A stretch of 64,000 bases of DNA from Felis catus (taxonomy: Eukaryota): the NCBI RefSeq assembly GCF_018350175.1, contig NC_058368.1, positions 23,872,001-23,936,000 on the forward strand, read 5' to 3'. Below the pieces are notes generated by a model. It searched no databases. It had not been told where the DNA came from and worked only from the letters and a program-made list of their open reading frames with translations. Every line of letters starts with the position of its first letter. The first letter of the stretch is position 1. The translations under genes and the position numbers were made by a program. Below are positions 63,606-64,000 of this stretch, piece by piece.

Positions 63606-63909
63606 AGTGTGACGCTAAGTGAAATAAGCCATACAAACAAAGACAGATACCATATGGTTTCACTCTTATGTGGATCCTGAGAAACTTAACAGAAACCCAT
63701 GGGGGAGGGGAAGGAAAAAAAAGAGGTTTAAAGTGGAAGAGAGCCAAAGCATAAGAGACTCTTAAAAACGGAGGACAAACTGAGGGTTGATGGGGGGTGG
63801 GAGGGAGAGGAGGGCACCTTTTGGGATGAGCACTGGGTGTTGTATGGAAACCAATTTGACAATAAACTTCATATATTGAAAAAAAAACTTTTCATACATT
63901 AAAAAAAAA
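61863..63909 (+). mobile_element. Young 5'-truncated felid-type L1 (L1_Fc-like) with perfect TSD
   Basis: TSD GAAAACATGAAAATCATA at 61845-61862 and 63910-63927; 3'UTR CATATGGTTTCACTCTTATGTGGATCCTGAG...GACAATAAA and A tail; CpGs retained. Confidence 0.97.
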
Positions 63910-64000
63910 GAAAACATGAAAATCATACATAAAATGAATGAAAACAAAAATTGGTTCTTTGAAGAGATCGATATAATTGATAACCTATAGCCAGGCTAAC

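Larger units (their letters stand above)
59005..64000 (+). mobile_element. Ancient L1MC-like element (5'UTR, partial ORF1, ORF2 EN); interrupted by a young L1 and continuing past the window end
   Basis: GAGCTTGGAAGTCC...CCTCACAAC...AAACAAACTGAAAATCAA 5' motif; ORF2 ACATTCACCAAGATAGA...TCTGGGCCACAAAACA; resumes at 63928 with TGGTTCTTTGAAGAGATC. Confidence 0.82.

Overview
This is mammalian genomic DNA, almost certainly from a carnivore and probably a felid, judged by Can-SINE/SINEC_Fc-type tRNA-derived SINEs and carnivore/felid-type LINE-1 3' ends. The window is AT-rich and dominated by transposable elements. It holds about 15 L1-type segments, including one full-length but disabled L1 (37400-44992) and one young 5'-truncated L1 with a nearly open ORF2 (61863-63909). 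It also holds 14 Can-SINEs, MaLR LTRs and internal sequence, a probable ERV solo LTR, MER5/MER58/MER63 DNA-transposon relics, MIR/L2 relics and microsatellites. No host protein-coding gene, rRNA, genuine tRNA or CRISPR array can be recognised, and nearly all listed ORFs are repeat-derived or spurious. I did not find a convincing new biological system. The best signals are insertion-mechanism records and a possible hidden transcript: (i) a 5'-intact, 3'-truncated, tail-less L1 with a perfect TSD; (ii) a four-level SINE>SINE>L1>SINE nest with readable TSDs; (iii) one TTTTT/AAAAA site used on both strands; (iv) a 287-bp solo LTR inside an L1 5'UTR; (v) a strong plus-strand bias of retroelements together with candidate minus-strand exons, including a 24-nt in-frame micro-exon. 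Subfamily names come from recalled consensus motifs, not a database search. Boundaries of old repeats are approximate.
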